From the IMG/VR virus record IMGVR_UViG_3300031867_000001, positions 128,001-192,000 of that record: DNA of 64,000 nucleotides; one strand, written 5' to 3'. A model generated the notes under the pieces. The model searched no databases. It was not told the DNA's origin and saw only the letters and a list, made by a program, of their open reading frames with translations. The DNA is from a virus (lineage: Duplodnaviria > Caudoviricetes). Within the stretch, counting starts at the first letter, position 1, and each line of letters begins with the position of its first letter. Positions 30,426 through 41,022 of the stretch are shown here, piece by piece. The position numbers and the translations under genes are program-made.

Positions 30426-32369
30426 ATGGCTGAACAAGCTACATCCACTAACATCGCTTCCATTCAAGTAGCAGTTGATAGAATCCTCGGAGTGAATGCA
30501 GATGATATCAATAAGACATTCTTGGAAGGCATGTTTGCTGGATATCATGATAAAGCAACAAATCGATTCATGCCGCCAAATTATAAACCAACATCAAAGT
30601 TTATGTTAACAAAAGACAAATATCCATATGTCAAAGAACCAACTGAAACAACTCTCGGTAGATTGATATTAAATCGATATTTGTTGGAACGGACTGGGGC
30701 AATCAAACACATTGGTTATTGGAATAAACCAATTAATTCAAAAGCATTGAATTCATTAAATACCGAAATCAATAACTTGGTTGTTACGGATATTTTGACA
30801 ACAGAAGATTTGGCGAATTATATTGATTCACGAGATCGGTTGGGATTCTGGTGTGCTGCATTCTTATCAGTGTCGATTACACCTGCACTGTTATTGCCAA
30901 TGCAAAATGTTAATAAACGTAAACAAGAATTATTCAAACAATATCAGAAGGAATTAAACTCTGACAATCCTGTTGAACAGATTATGACTAACAACAAGAT
31001 TGAAGCAGAGTTGATGGATATGGTTCGTGCAAACTTATCTAAAGATACTGGATATGATTTGTATGCTTCCGGAGATGGAAATCTTAATAACAACTATAAG
31101 ACGATCAATGTCATGAGAGGTGCTGTATTCGATAATACAAAACACAAATACTCCATCGTTGATCATTCTTTGATGGAAGGTATTACCAAGAGAGATATTC
31201 CCGCATTTGCAAACTCCGTTGTTGCTGCAGCATATCCTTCTGCGGTTGGTACTGCTGATGCTGGATACTTGTCTAAAATCATCATGGCTTTATTACAGTC
31301 AGAAAGTATTGATCCAAATCCGGAGAGTGATTGTGGTACTGAATCAACAATTCCAGTCACTGTTACGAACAGAAATAAACAGTACTTGTTATTCAGATAC
31401 ATCAAAGAAGGTAAGGGTAAAAAATTAACCACGCTTCATAACATTGATTCTTATGTCGGAAAGACCATTCGATTGTATTCTCCACAGTGTTGCTGTAATG
31501 ATCCAATCTGTGGAAAGTGTGCTGGTAGAGTCTTCTACAATCTTGGTGTTACAAGAATTGGATTACTTTCATCTCAGATCACACAGAAGATGTTGAATAT
31601 CAAACTGAAATCAAAACATGACTTATCACAGAATGCAGGTATTGTACCACATGAGATGACATTCATGCATCCATCTCAATTGTATGAAGTAACAAAGGAT
31701 GGTTATTTAAAAACGAATGCGAACTTAAAGTTGTTCTTACCTAAGTTTGCAGAAGACTTCGCCAATTATTCTCGTGAAGTAACCACGATTAAGTGTCTTG
31801 GTATTATGCCAGCTAAGTTCTATGATAAGAATGGAAATGAAGTGCAATCAACTTTAATGATTACACCAACAATGTTGGATTTCAACATCTATACAGAACC
31901 ACAAGAAACAAAAGACTACATTGTGATGAGTTATGAACCCGGAGCAACTATTACATCATTAAGTATGCAGAAGAATGTTAAGAATGTTGAATTCTTCATC
32001 AATTCTGTTTATCTGCATTCAAAGAATCCAATGATTCCATATAACTTGTTAACGGATATGATGTTCCGTTGTTTGGAGATTAATGGTATCGACTTAACAG
32101 GTCCGAGTATCACATACGAGATTTTGGCAAGAAGAGTTTGCAGAATTGGTGATACAAATACACCATTTGCATATGCGTATGGTAAGAATCCAAACATCGA
32201 TCAGATGTCATATACGAAATTGGCATTCCGTGAAGCAGTACAAAGAGCTGGTGTGTTGCAAGGTGTTTTATTCCAAGCCGTATCTGATTCAATGAATATT
32301 GGTTTGGCTCAAACGTTGAATGGTGAAACACCAACGTACACACCTATCGAAGACTTAATCAAAATATAA
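30426..32369 (+). CDS. RNA polymerase beta' subunit C-terminal fragment (probably virion RNAP)
   Basis: TTLGRLILN, bridge-helix GTADAGYLSK, DCGT and Zn site SPQCC..ICGKCAG; preceded by late-like GACG-N6-TAA at 30386. Confidence 0.85.
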   Translation: MAEQATSTNIASIQVAVDRILGVNADDINKTFLEGMFAGYHDKATNRFMPPNYKPTSKFMLTKDKYPYVKEPTETTLGRLILNRYLLERTGAIKHIGYWNKPINSKALNSLNTEINNLVVTDILTTEDLANYIDSRDRLGFWCAAFLSVSITPALLLPMQNVNKRKQELFKQYQKELNSDNPVEQIMTNNKIEAELMDMVRANLSKDTGYDLYASGDGNLNNNYKTINVMRGAVFDNTKHKYSIVDHSLMEGITKRDIPAFANSVVAAAYPSAVGTADAGYLSKIIMALLQSESIDPNPESDCGTESTIPVTVTNRNKQYLLFRYIKEGKGKKLTTLHNIDSYVGKTIRLYSPQCCCNDPICGKCAGRVFYNLGVTRIGLLSSQITQKMLNIKLKSKHDLSQNAGIVPHEMTFMHPSQLYEVTKDGYLKTNANLKLFLPKFAEDFANYSREVTTIKCLGIMPAKFYDKNGNEVQSTLMITPTMLDFNIYTEPQETKDYIVMSYEPGATITSLSMQKNVKNVEFFINSVYLHSKNPMIPYNLLTDMMFRCLEINGIDLTGPSITYEILARRVCRIGDTNTPFAYAYGKNPNIDQMSYTKLAFREAVQRAGVLQGVLFQAVSDSMNIGLAQTLNGETPTYTPIEDLIKI

Positions 32370-32384
32370 AAAAAAATAATTTAA

Positions 32385-32405
32385 GAGGGGGCTTTAAGCC
32401 CCCTC
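32385..32405. terminator. Bidirectional hairpin GAGGGGGCT-TTA-AGCCCCCTC
   Basis: Between convergent genes. Confidence 0.7.
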
Positions 32406-32409
32406 GATA

Positions 32410-33435
32410 TTATACAATGATTGTTGATTTGTCAAATACGTTTCTGTCAATTATGCCGGAAGCAGCATGTACATGTCCACCCTGTAATCCGAGGTCGTTG
32501 AAGTAACGTTTAACAAGTTCTTCGCAGTTTGCTCCGTCGTCCTTGGAATAGAAAGAGTACTTCCATCTGTCGGGTGAGAGCTGATGATATTTGCATACGA
32601 AATCATAGTCATTGATCAAATCACCGAACAGTCTGGAATTACCAACAGAACTATTCACTGCAATGCCTTTGTATTCACCGATGATAACTTCAAACGAATT
32701 TGACATCGTTGATTTGTACAATGTGTCTTGATACGCAAATATGATTTCACCTTTGTCGATTGTATCATATGCCATCTTTGGACCACTGTAAAGCATTTCG
32801 TTCCAGAATTCAAGATTCATTGGATGACGTTCTGACTTTGGATAAACAAACCATGCTGCAGCAAACAGCTTGGACTCTGGTAATGAGTGTCTCCAAACAT
32901 CATTATCATCAATCAATCTAACTGCTAATGGAATTCCAACGACTTTAATCTTGTCGGAATCTGGATACAATGCAACTTGTGCCAGATCTTCAGATAAATC
33001 AAACGGAACTTCCATTGGACGCAGTCGGTCAGTTTCACCCATACACGAATAGATCCAAGTCAACATACAACCAGAATATTCGTTATTGTAGAACCGAATG
33101 ACATGGTCGTTGTACAATGCTTTGTCTTCTTCAGACATGATTTCGTTCAGATACTTATCACCAGAAACGTGATGATCAATATGAACAACCTTCATGTGGT
33201 GATCAATTGCTTTCTTAATGACACTGAAGATGGTTTCGTCAAGTGCCAAATCAACAATGTACAATTGATCATTGTCTTTGTAGAAGTCTTCTTCATTTTC
33301 GATGTTGATCTTTCCATTGTGACAGTATTCAACAAAATGGGAGCTGGTCATGATGTCAAAGACGGAACACAGTTCCGTCTTGACAATTGCTGCAGCACCA
33401 TAACCGTCTGCATCATTATGATGTAATATTCTCAT
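32410..33435 (-). CDS. DHH/DHHA1 phosphoesterase (NrnB-like)
   Basis: HHNDADG, IVDL, IDHH, D.DVW and GGHVHAASG motifs. Confidence 0.9.
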   Translation of the reverse strand: MRILHHNDADGYGAAAIVKTELCSVFDIMTSSHFVEYCHNGKINIENEEDFYKDNDQLYIVDLALDETIFSVIKKAIDHHMKVVHIDHHVSGDKYLNEIMSEEDKALYNDHVIRFYNNEYSGCMLTWIYSCMGETDRLRPMEVPFDLSEDLAQVALYPDSDKIKVVGIPLAVRLIDDNDVWRHSLPESKLFAAAWFVYPKSERHPMNLEFWNEMLYSGPKMAYDTIDKGEIIFAYQDTLYKSTMSNSFEVIIGEYKGIAVNSSVGNSRLFGDLINDYDFVCKYHQLSPDRWKYSFYSKDDGANCEELVKRYFNDLGLQGGHVHAASGIIDRNVFDKSTIIV

Positions 33436-34057
33436 CGTTTACTTCCTCCTGATTATCTTCCTGCATTGCCGGAAGCGGGTTTTCGGATGTCTGCTGACCA
33501 ACTGTGTCCATCAAGTTATCAAGATCATCCATGGAAATGTCAAAGTGTGCGTTCTCCATCATCTCAGCCAGTAATGACGATGTATCAACCTTTGACAGCT
33601 GTGCAATTCTTGCATAACTGATGAGTGCTTCTGCAATCATGATACCATCCATACAAGCGATTGTTGCTTTCTCAACGATTGTGATGTCCGATCTGAGATC
33701 ATAGTTCAGTTCCTGCAAACCAGAACTCTTGAGGAACTCAGTTGCAGTTGTGAAGATGCTTTCAGCAGCATTGTTTCGTGCATTGATATCTGCTTCGGTT
33801 GTGGAAGGCATCTTCATGATGTCATAGATCATGCTCTTGAGCGTCATGATGTTTTCTTCCAACTGTGGAGTGCAGTCATATACATCATCCCAGTTCATTG
33901 CTTCTTCATCAACAGAAATGCCAGCACCACACAGCAGATTCACATACAGATTGGGAGTGACCTCTTCTGTTTCTTCGGATGGAATTGCAGAATTGTCATT
34001 GATACCAACCTCAATGGCATTATCCATTTCCATCTCATTGTTCTTGTTTTCTTCCAT
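33416..34057 (-). CDS. Acidic hypothetical protein
   Basis: GGAGG SD; 213 aa. Confidence 0.75.
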   Translation of the reverse strand: MEENKNNEMEMDNAIEVGINDNSAIPSEETEEVTPNLYVNLLCGAGISVDEEAMNWDDVYDCTPQLEENIMTLKSMIYDIMKMPSTTEADINARNNAAESIFTTATEFLKSSGLQELNYDLRSDITIVEKATIACMDGIMIAEALISYARIAQLSKVDTSSLLAEMMENAHFDISMDDLDNLMDTVGQQTSENPLPAMQEDNQEEVNDENITS

Positions 34058-34072
34058 TGTAAATACCTCCGT

Positions 34073-34288
34073 TTATTTATATTCTTTAAAAGTCTTAGGA
34101 TCAATGAATGTTACATCAACCCCTCGACGTTTTAACGCGGTTATGATTTTACTCTTGATAGTTGGCTTTGTTGGTTTTGTTGCAAGCAAGTCTACTTGTA
34201 ACATTGTACCACCATCGATATTGACTGTCGGTGGATGAGAGCTTAAGATCTTGGCATACTCTTCATCATACAAATGGGTGTCATCCAT
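34073..34288 (-). CDS. Small hypothetical protein
   Basis: AAGGACGG-like SD; co-oriented with the downstream genes. Confidence 0.6.
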   Translation of the reverse strand: MDDTHLYDEEYAKILSSHPPTVNIDGGTMLQVDLLATKPTKPTIKSKIITALKRRGVDVTFIDPKTFKEYK

Positions 34289-34395
34289 AAAATACACCGT
34301 CCTTTCTGAACATCATTCATGTATTTTATTGTCATCACTCTTGATTAAAACTATTGTCGGGCTTAATATAATACCCGCGAAAGGAGAGATATGTT

Positions 34396-34869
34396 ATGTT
34401 AGAATTCACCATTACAACAATATCGGTATTTGTTGCTGCGCTGAATGAACTCGTGAAAACAATATCCATGAAATGTTTCAATTACGACATTAAGAAGTAC
34501 ATCCCATTGTTTTCCATTGGATTTGGTTTGATCCTCGGAATACTTGGTTATTTTGCTCCAAATATCAAAATGGGAAATAACATCGTTGAAGCAATCTTCA
34601 TCGGAATTGCATCTGGTGGTAATGCGGTTGGCTTCCACCAAATCTACAAACAACTTTCCAAAGGTGAAGTTGTAATCAATAATGATTCGGTTGAAGATGA
34701 TGAAACACAATCAGAAGATCCAGTTGTTTCTGAAGATGAAGTCATTTTAATGAACCATGTGAAAGAAGAACCAGAGAAAACTGATTCTGTTGATGATTCA
34801 ACCGTTGAAGATGAATCAATCGAAACATTGATTGATGAAGACATTGAAGATTATACCGAAAACGAATAA
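34396..34869 (+). CDS. Putative holin with acidic C-terminal tail
   Basis: Three hydrophobic helices; KKYIPLFSIGFGLILG and G.HQIYKQ are typical of small Firmicute phage holins. Confidence 0.7.
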   Translation: MLEFTITTISVFVAALNELVKTISMKCFNYDIKKYIPLFSIGFGLILGILGYFAPNIKMGNNIVEAIFIGIASGGNAVGFHQIYKQLSKGEVVINNDSVEDDETQSEDPVVSEDEVILMNHVKEEPEKTDSVDDSTVEDESIETLIDEDIEDYTENE

Positions 34870-34873
34870 TAAA

Positions 34874-34896
34874 TGGTGGGGGATTATCCCCCACCA
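34874..34896. terminator. Bidirectional hairpin TGGTGGGGGATTATCCCCCACCA
   Basis: Between convergent genes. Confidence 0.7.
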
Positions 34897-34904
34897 AATA
34901 CAAT

Positions 34905-35153
34905 TTATTCACAATCATCGTCTGCTGAATACACTAAGTCTCCATCTTTGATGACACAATAGTGCTTACTCATCACATTTGTTCTACCAAATTCGTCCGA
35001 GAGTTTCTCTAAGAAATTCCAATGATTGTAATTTCTAAAGATTGCTCTCTGATTGCGGGTTATCTTTACTTCAAGACCTTCTGTATCATAAACAGATACG
35101 TGATCACCATTAATCAAGATCTTCTGGATTTCTGTTCCTTTTTTCATAGCCAA
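34905..35153 (-). CDS. Small hypothetical protein
   Basis: AGGAGAG SD. Confidence 0.65.
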   Translation of the reverse strand: MAMKKGTEIQKILINGDHVSVYDTEGLEVKITRNQRAIFRNYNHWNFLEKLSDEFGRTNVMSKHYCVIKDGDLVYSADDDCE

Positions 35154-35181
35154 GTTTCTCTCCTATTGATTTATTGATTAC

Positions 35182-36009
35182 TTAATTTACCAAGTATGCA
35201 TCCAAGTAACTCGGAAGTGCATAACACTCCTTAACAGAATTACAGAATACATCAATTCTACCGGACTTACAACCACAGTCTTCAAGTGTGTATGTACCAA
35301 GTCCATCTACATAGATTTGATCACCATACTCCAATCCCAACGAATTCATCTGGGATTTGTTCATTGCGATTGTTCTTCCGGCTGCGGGCCATGTACCGGA
35401 TGCTGTCTTACAACCGGTTGCAACATAACCTGTGATTCTAAAATTACCAAGATAAACTTCATTCTCTACTTCTGTTACAACTTCCTCAACAGTTGTTGTG
35501 GATTCCTCTGTAACAACTTCTTCTGATGTTGTTGTTGTCACAGTTGTTGTATGAGTTGTAGTAGATTCAGTAGTTGTATCAATTGTAACCGTTTCATTGA
35601 TTGTTTCAATCGGATCAGAATCATTGATCGTGATTGCTTCAACCGGATGAACAATTGCAATCTGTGCATTGTTTACAACTTCTTCCTCTTGAACTTCGTT
35701 TCTCGTTGGTATGTCACGGATGTAGCCAATTGTCGTTTGAGTTGTTGTTTCAACATTTGATGTTGCTGATGTCGTTTCATCAGTTGTTTCTGTAGTAGCA
35801 GTAGTGTTTGTTGTAGTAGCAGTATCAGTAGTAGCAGTAATAGAAACATACTGGGTTGTTGATACAACATCATTGTCATCAATGTTTGCGTGTGCGGTAT
35901 GTGAAATGCGCATACCAACACCCCATGCAATCATAACAATTGCCAACAGAGTGACAGAAATAATCATAATCTTACATCTCTTAGAAATAAATTTCTTCTC
36001 TTCAAACAT
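35182..36009 (-). CDS. Membrane-anchored 3D (Asp-Asp-Asp) domain cell-wall protein
   Basis: N-terminal TM/signal, Thr-rich linker, C-terminal FRITGY..TASG..GRTIAMN..GDQIYVDGLG.YTLEDCG...RIDVF. Confidence 0.85.
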   Translation of the reverse strand: MFEEKKFISKRCKIMIISVTLLAIVMIAWGVGMRISHTAHANIDDNDVVSTTQYVSITATTDTATTTNTTATTETTDETTSATSNVETTTQTTIGYIRDIPTRNEVQEEEVVNNAQIAIVHPVEAITINDSDPIETINETVTIDTTTESTTTHTTTVTTTTSEEVVTEESTTTVEEVVTEVENEVYLGNFRITGYVATGCKTASGTWPAAGRTIAMNKSQMNSLGLEYGDQIYVDGLGTYTLEDCGCKSGRIDVFCNSVKECYALPSYLDAYLVN

Positions 36010-36246
36010 ATTAAAAGTTCCTTTCGTTTCGAGTGGATTTAACTAATGATGACGGATTTCATCATTAGATGACCTAACCTTTCTGTGTCACTTTCATTTA
36101 TTGAAGAGCTATGAAATAAGGATCCAATGTTTATTTATATCTGATACATTGGTAATTCATAGTTGCAACTCGACAATAATAAAGAGGCACAATGCATATG
36201 ACTGTATATCTCTTTAACAGAATTAATTTTATGAAAGGCGGTCAGT

Positions 36247-36738
36247 GTGATGGATAATATTCTTGAACTCATCATCGCAATTCTTGGATCGGGCACGGTT
36301 GCCACAATTGTAACACACGTTATGAACAAACGAAAGTACAGTGCCGAAGTAGATGAATTGCGTCAACAGATTGATGCAGCACGTACAGACGATCGAATCA
36401 AGATTGATGAACACATTCAATCCCAATTTATGGAGATCGCGGAGTCATACAAACGTGAGATTGAAGAACGCAAAAAGGAGATGGATGAATTACGCAAACA
36501 GAACGTGCAACTCATGCAACAAGTTGACGAGTTCCATAAACAAATCAATGAACTGAATACTCAAATCGATCAGTTCATGAGTTGGTTTGCATACGATATG
36601 ATGGGATATCAAACTTGGATTGAAAAGGAATTGTTGAAGTCTAATCCAAATGTTCAATTGCCTTCATATCGAAAACCACCAAAGTTCGTTCAAGAATACT
36701 TAGAAGCAAATAACATTGATTGCTGTGATGAGAAATAA
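36247..36738 (+). CDS. Hypothetical protein with N-terminal TM helix and coiled coil (possible lysis accessory)
   Basis: LIIAILGSGTVATIVT followed by a long coiled coil. Confidence 0.7.
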   Translation: MMDNILELIIAILGSGTVATIVTHVMNKRKYSAEVDELRQQIDAARTDDRIKIDEHIQSQFMEIAESYKREIEERKKEMDELRKQNVQLMQQVDEFHKQINELNTQIDQFMSWFAYDMMGYQTWIEKELLKSNPNVQLPSYRKPPKFVQEYLEANNIDCCDEK

Positions 36739-36747
36739 CATGAAGGA

Positions 36748-36772
36748 ATCATGGGGCGTTAAGCCCCATGAT
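36748..36772. terminator. Bidirectional hairpin ATCATGGGGC...GCCCCATGAT
   Basis: Between convergent genes; overlaps the stop of the 36759 gene. Confidence 0.65.
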
Positions 36773-37109
36773 GATCACTTTCATATTTCTCAACAAGTTG
36801 TTTCATTATCTTATATGACTCTTCACTGGTAATGTTCATATTCTTAAAATCGTCACCGAGCAATAGCGCTTTTTGTTCGAGAGAACGATTATAAGAAGCA
36901 ATGTAATTAGAATCCATCCTTCTTAAATACCAATTCAGAATCATATACGAAACAATGTTCAATGCCATTCGCATTAGTGTTGGATTAGCATCTGTTATCG
37001 GTTCCAACAGCATTGGAATAAATACTGTCAAAAGCAGATATACTCCAACAACCACGAGAGTTGCAATTCTGTGTAATTTGACTTGTCTGTCTAAAGATTG
37101 CGTACTCAT
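36759..37109 (-). CDS. Small membrane protein (2 TM)
   Basis: GGAGGTG SD; two hydrophobic helices. Confidence 0.75.
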   Translation of the reverse strand: MSTQSLDRQVKLHRIATLVVVGVYLLLTVFIPMLLEPITDANPTLMRMALNIVSYMILNWYLRRMDSNYIASYNRSLEQKALLLGDDFKNMNITSEESYKIMKQLVEKYESDHHGA

Positions 37110-37149
37110 GTGATATCACCTCCATTCTTACATATTAACAATATATTTA

Positions 37150-38688
37150 TCAATTCTTTATATTCTCATCATCAGGTGTCCACTGTAAGAACTTTGTCTC
37201 TAATGCAAGTGCTGATATTGTTTTAGAACGAGATCTAATCCAGTATTTATCCATCTTAACAGATGAATCATAAATGTCGTAATAGTAACATTTCTTACCA
37301 CAATATCTGAGTCTCCATGCAACTTGCTTTGCAGTTAATGTTGATACAAATGGAGAACATGAAATGATTGCAGTAACTCCCGGAATATCCGTTCCAGTTC
37401 CACATGAACCAATTGTCGTTACAATCACATCTGCATGTTTATTCTCTTCATTTTCTGTTTTAGAATTCTTGGAGTTAACAGTTTGGATATTTAAATCATA
37501 TGCAAATGATTCATCATAATTCAAATGTTTGCGCAAATGATATGCAACTTCTTCACACAATTCAATCAATGGCATGAAGATCAATATCTTTGCCGTTGAA
37601 TCGCGTTCATATATCATCCGAACGATTTCTGTCACACACTTGATGTGGGTTTTCTTTTTGTCATATTGGATTACCCATTTTCCATATGATGCTGGAGACA
37701 TTTTACCACGATATCCTTCAACACGATATCTGACAATTTGTGGTAACGCATGTGTGTTGATTTCAACGATGTTGTATTCAATCCACTTCTTGGGCTTTTC
37801 TTTTGTTAACAATGAAGATGGTTTATAGAACAACGTGTTTGAGAATACATGTCTGAATATCACATTTTCATCTTTTGATGATCTACCATCTGTTGCTGTT
37901 AAATATAAATTGCGATGTATGTTAAATAAGAAATCCATCAATAAAGTATCACGGAATTCCAAATGTGCTTCGTCAATGATTTTCAATCCAATACCAAGTA
38001 TCTGGGGGATTCTGGATATCTTCTTTAAATTGCGAATACGTTTAACACCTGCACGAAATGTTGCATGAGTCATTAAGTAGATATCATGTTCAGGATCATA
38101 ACCATTTGCAATTTCTTCTAACTGTTCAGAAGATGTGATTTCGTATACATCATCAGATGTCAATCCTTGTAAGTCATGTAAAGACTTCTTCCATTGTTCA
38201 CGCAATTGATCACGGTGCATAATGATTAATGTTTTCTGGTTATATAAACATGCAGCTCTACCGGCGCAGTAAGTCTTGCCGAATCCACCCGTCTTAACTA
38301 AGAAGAGTTGTTGGCTATTTACATTTGCAGAATGTTCATCCAATCCGGCTATGAAGTTAATCACATCAATTTGTTCCTTATTACGAGGAGGAATGAATTC
38401 TTCATGTTCATATTTCATTGGACGAGCATTTACGGCTTTCACATATTTCACACGAACATTTTGCAATAGATTTCGTAAGTATTCCAAATTAACACCACGA
38501 TGCAAATATAACATATCGCGATCTTCATCGAGCATATATCCCAATGCAATAATATCATCTTGGAATTCATCTTCGAATTCCAATCGACTAATCAATTGAG
38601 ACAATTTCTCCATTGCTTCTTTTCCTGGAAAAATTTTGTAAGATGTTGGACAAACTCTCATCTCAAATTCAGTTGTTTGTTTATCCAT
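37150..38688 (-). CDS. SF2 DNA helicase (UvsW/XPB-like)
   Basis: Walker A TGGFGKT, DEAH, TAT, GTGTDIP and QVAWRLR motifs. Confidence 0.9.
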   Translation of the reverse strand: MDKQTTEFEMRVCPTSYKIFPGKEAMEKLSQLISRLEFEDEFQDDIIALGYMLDEDRDMLYLHRGVNLEYLRNLLQNVRVKYVKAVNARPMKYEHEEFIPPRNKEQIDVINFIAGLDEHSANVNSQQLFLVKTGGFGKTYCAGRAACLYNQKTLIIMHRDQLREQWKKSLHDLQGLTSDDVYEITSSEQLEEIANGYDPEHDIYLMTHATFRAGVKRIRNLKKISRIPQILGIGLKIIDEAHLEFRDTLLMDFLFNIHRNLYLTATDGRSSKDENVIFRHVFSNTLFYKPSSLLTKEKPKKWIEYNIVEINTHALPQIVRYRVEGYRGKMSPASYGKWVIQYDKKKTHIKCVTEIVRMIYERDSTAKILIFMPLIELCEEVAYHLRKHLNYDESFAYDLNIQTVNSKNSKTENEENKHADVIVTTIGSCGTGTDIPGVTAIISCSPFVSTLTAKQVAWRLRYCGKKCYYYDIYDSSVKMDKYWIRSRSKTISALALETKFLQWTPDDENIKN

Positions 38689-38747
38689 AATGCTTCCTTT
38701 CTTAAACAAATGGATGGACCAATATTGGTCCATCCATATCATTCATA

Positions 38748-41003
38748 TCATGAAATTGTCGCTTTGACTACCTTAACGGCTGGAACGTGCTTTGGTCTTT
38801 CGGGTGGAATAGACATTGTTGTTGGTGTAATAGACGAAACATTCACAGTCGTAATCCGACCATCAACATGATTCAATTGAATCGATTGTGTTTCATCCAC
38901 ACAGAACACTGCAATCAAATCATCTTGTGGTGTCATCGAAATGATGGGTTTCAATTTACCAAACTTATTACCAGCAATCAAGAACTTGGAATGATTTACT
39001 CTGATTCTGCCAAGTTTCGTTACATAAACGAGAAGTGGTTTCTTTGGATTGATAATGAACATTCCAGCCGCTGTCTTATTATCAACCAAGAACTGACCTT
39101 GTGCATCTACTGACAATACCTTATTCAGATTGGTCAACTGGAAACGTTTACCAAGTCCATCTGATGTATACATTAACAAATCCTGTGATGTGTCATGTAC
39201 TTCCAAGATGGATACTAAGTATTCATCTTCGTCCAACGGAACAATCGGTTTACGTGTTTGATTAGATGGAATCTTATCAATCGGCATATACTTGATACGA
39301 CCTTTATTGGACAAAATCACAATGTCATTCTGTGTATTGGATACGGCTGCGATACACTTTGACATCTGGGTTCTACCAATGGATGTTAACATGATACGTT
39401 TGTCATGTGGAACCTTTGTTGTATCAACCCACAAGAATCGACCCTTATCATCAATCAAACAAACATTCGTTCCACTGACGGGTGTGATATCAGATGATAG
39501 ATGTTCCGGAGTTGCTGTCTCTGAAAAGATGACAGATCCATCTTGGAAGATTTGAACAACGCCAATGTTCACTGTTGAATTGTTTAAACCAAGAATCTTG
39601 GAGCGTCTGGGATAGCCATACTTCTCTTTGATCTCTTTCAACTCATCAATGATGCATTGATTAATCTTGACGGGGTCTGATACGATGTCTTCAATTCTAT
39701 CGACTTCTGCTTGAATATCATCCATCTTCTTAACAGTCTTCAGATATTCTTCATGTGTCAATTGATACATCTTTACATCGATCATGTAATTCGCTTGTGA
39801 TGATGATACATGTTTCGGATATGCTTTCATCAATGCACCGACAATATCCGAACGATGTTCACAATTCTTGATCGTCGTAATGGTTTTATTCAGATTCTTT
39901 TCTGATAACATGAATGCCTTACCTGTAAGCATGTTGTATTCGGTTTGTAAGATAACCGTTCTACGCAACAACCACGAACGTTTGAACTGGAAACGTTCTT
40001 TGATCCATGCCAACAGAATCTGTCGAATATTATACTTGCGGGTTCTGTATAAAGAATCTGTTACGATCATATTCTTTGTTGAGATTGGAATTCTCAATCC
40101 TGGAATAGATGTAAACAATTTATCCAATACACGATACAAGTTACATGGCTTACACCGAATCACATATTTGATTTTATTGTGAAGCAAATCCGATTCATCA
40201 TCTGCTGATAGAATCTCAGGGAATGGATTTGTCGAATCATGTAACTCATTCAGTTTCTTATTGATATCCCGCAAGAATCTCTTGTATGGTGTATTGGTAA
40301 AGGTGATGATATAATTGACATTATCCAACTCAAAGGACGATTGCATCCAAAATGTTTCATCGTCCTTTGGAATGATATCACATCCAGTCGGTGAATCTGG
40401 AATGAGCTTTACATCTGCATTTGGATTCTTTAACAGCTTAATCGTTGCATCTGCAATCTCATTCAAGTTGTATGGATAAATATCGGATGATAATGTATAT
40501 CCAATACCTGCAGATCCATTCAACAGAATGATTGGGAACTTTGCAGGAAGAATTGTCGGTTCAACAGTAGAATCATCATAATTGGGATTCATACCCACTT
40601 TACCATCAAATTCCGAGAATAATACATCATATGCAAAATCTGAAAGATACACGCCCCAATATCTACCAGCTGCAGAATCATCTCCGGCTGTTGCAGTACC
40701 GCAGTTACCAGATGCTTTTAACAACGGGATGTTATTTGCGAATGGCTGTGCCAATCCCGCAAATACATCTTTCAATCCCAATTCACCATGTGGTGAAATC
40801 TCCAATACTTTACCTGCCGCAATCGCAACGGTTACTTTGGAATGTCTGGGATAGTTCTTGTAGATTGTATACAAGATTCGACGATGGATTGGTTTCAATC
40901 CATCATAAATCATTGGAATGGAACGCTGTAAGTTTACATTTACACCATACAACGACATCCAACGTTTCGAAGCGGTATACATCTCCAATTCTTTTTCTTC
41001 CAT
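38748..41003 (-). CDS. gyrA: Type IIA topoisomerase subunit A (GyrA/ParC-like) with C-terminal pinwheel repeats
   Basis: DGLKPIHRRILY, PHG, catalytic AAGRY, P..LLNG.AGIG, KYG.PRRS and CTD repeats. Confidence 0.92.
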   Translation of the reverse strand: MEEKELEMYTASKRWMSLYGVNVNLQRSIPMIYDGLKPIHRRILYTIYKNYPRHSKVTVAIAAGKVLEISPHGELGLKDVFAGLAQPFANNIPLLKASGNCGTATAGDDSAAGRYWGVYLSDFAYDVLFSEFDGKVGMNPNYDDSTVEPTILPAKFPIILLNGSAGIGYTLSSDIYPYNLNEIADATIKLLKNPNADVKLIPDSPTGCDIIPKDDETFWMQSSFELDNVNYIITFTNTPYKRFLRDINKKLNELHDSTNPFPEILSADDESDLLHNKIKYVIRCKPCNLYRVLDKLFTSIPGLRIPISTKNMIVTDSLYRTRKYNIRQILLAWIKERFQFKRSWLLRRTVILQTEYNMLTGKAFMLSEKNLNKTITTIKNCEHRSDIVGALMKAYPKHVSSSQANYMIDVKMYQLTHEEYLKTVKKMDDIQAEVDRIEDIVSDPVKINQCIIDELKEIKEKYGYPRRSKILGLNNSTVNIGVVQIFQDGSVIFSETATPEHLSSDITPVSGTNVCLIDDKGRFLWVDTTKVPHDKRIMLTSIGRTQMSKCIAAVSNTQNDIVILSNKGRIKYMPIDKIPSNQTRKPIVPLDEDEYLVSILEVHDTSQDLLMYTSDGLGKRFQLTNLNKVLSVDAQGQFLVDNKTAAGMFIINPKKPLLVYVTKLGRIRVNHSKFLIAGNKFGKLKPIISMTPQDDLIAVFCVDETQSIQLNHVDGRITTVNVSSITPTTMSIPPERPKHVPAVKVVKATIS

Positions 41004-41022
41004 TTAAACATACCTCCAAATC

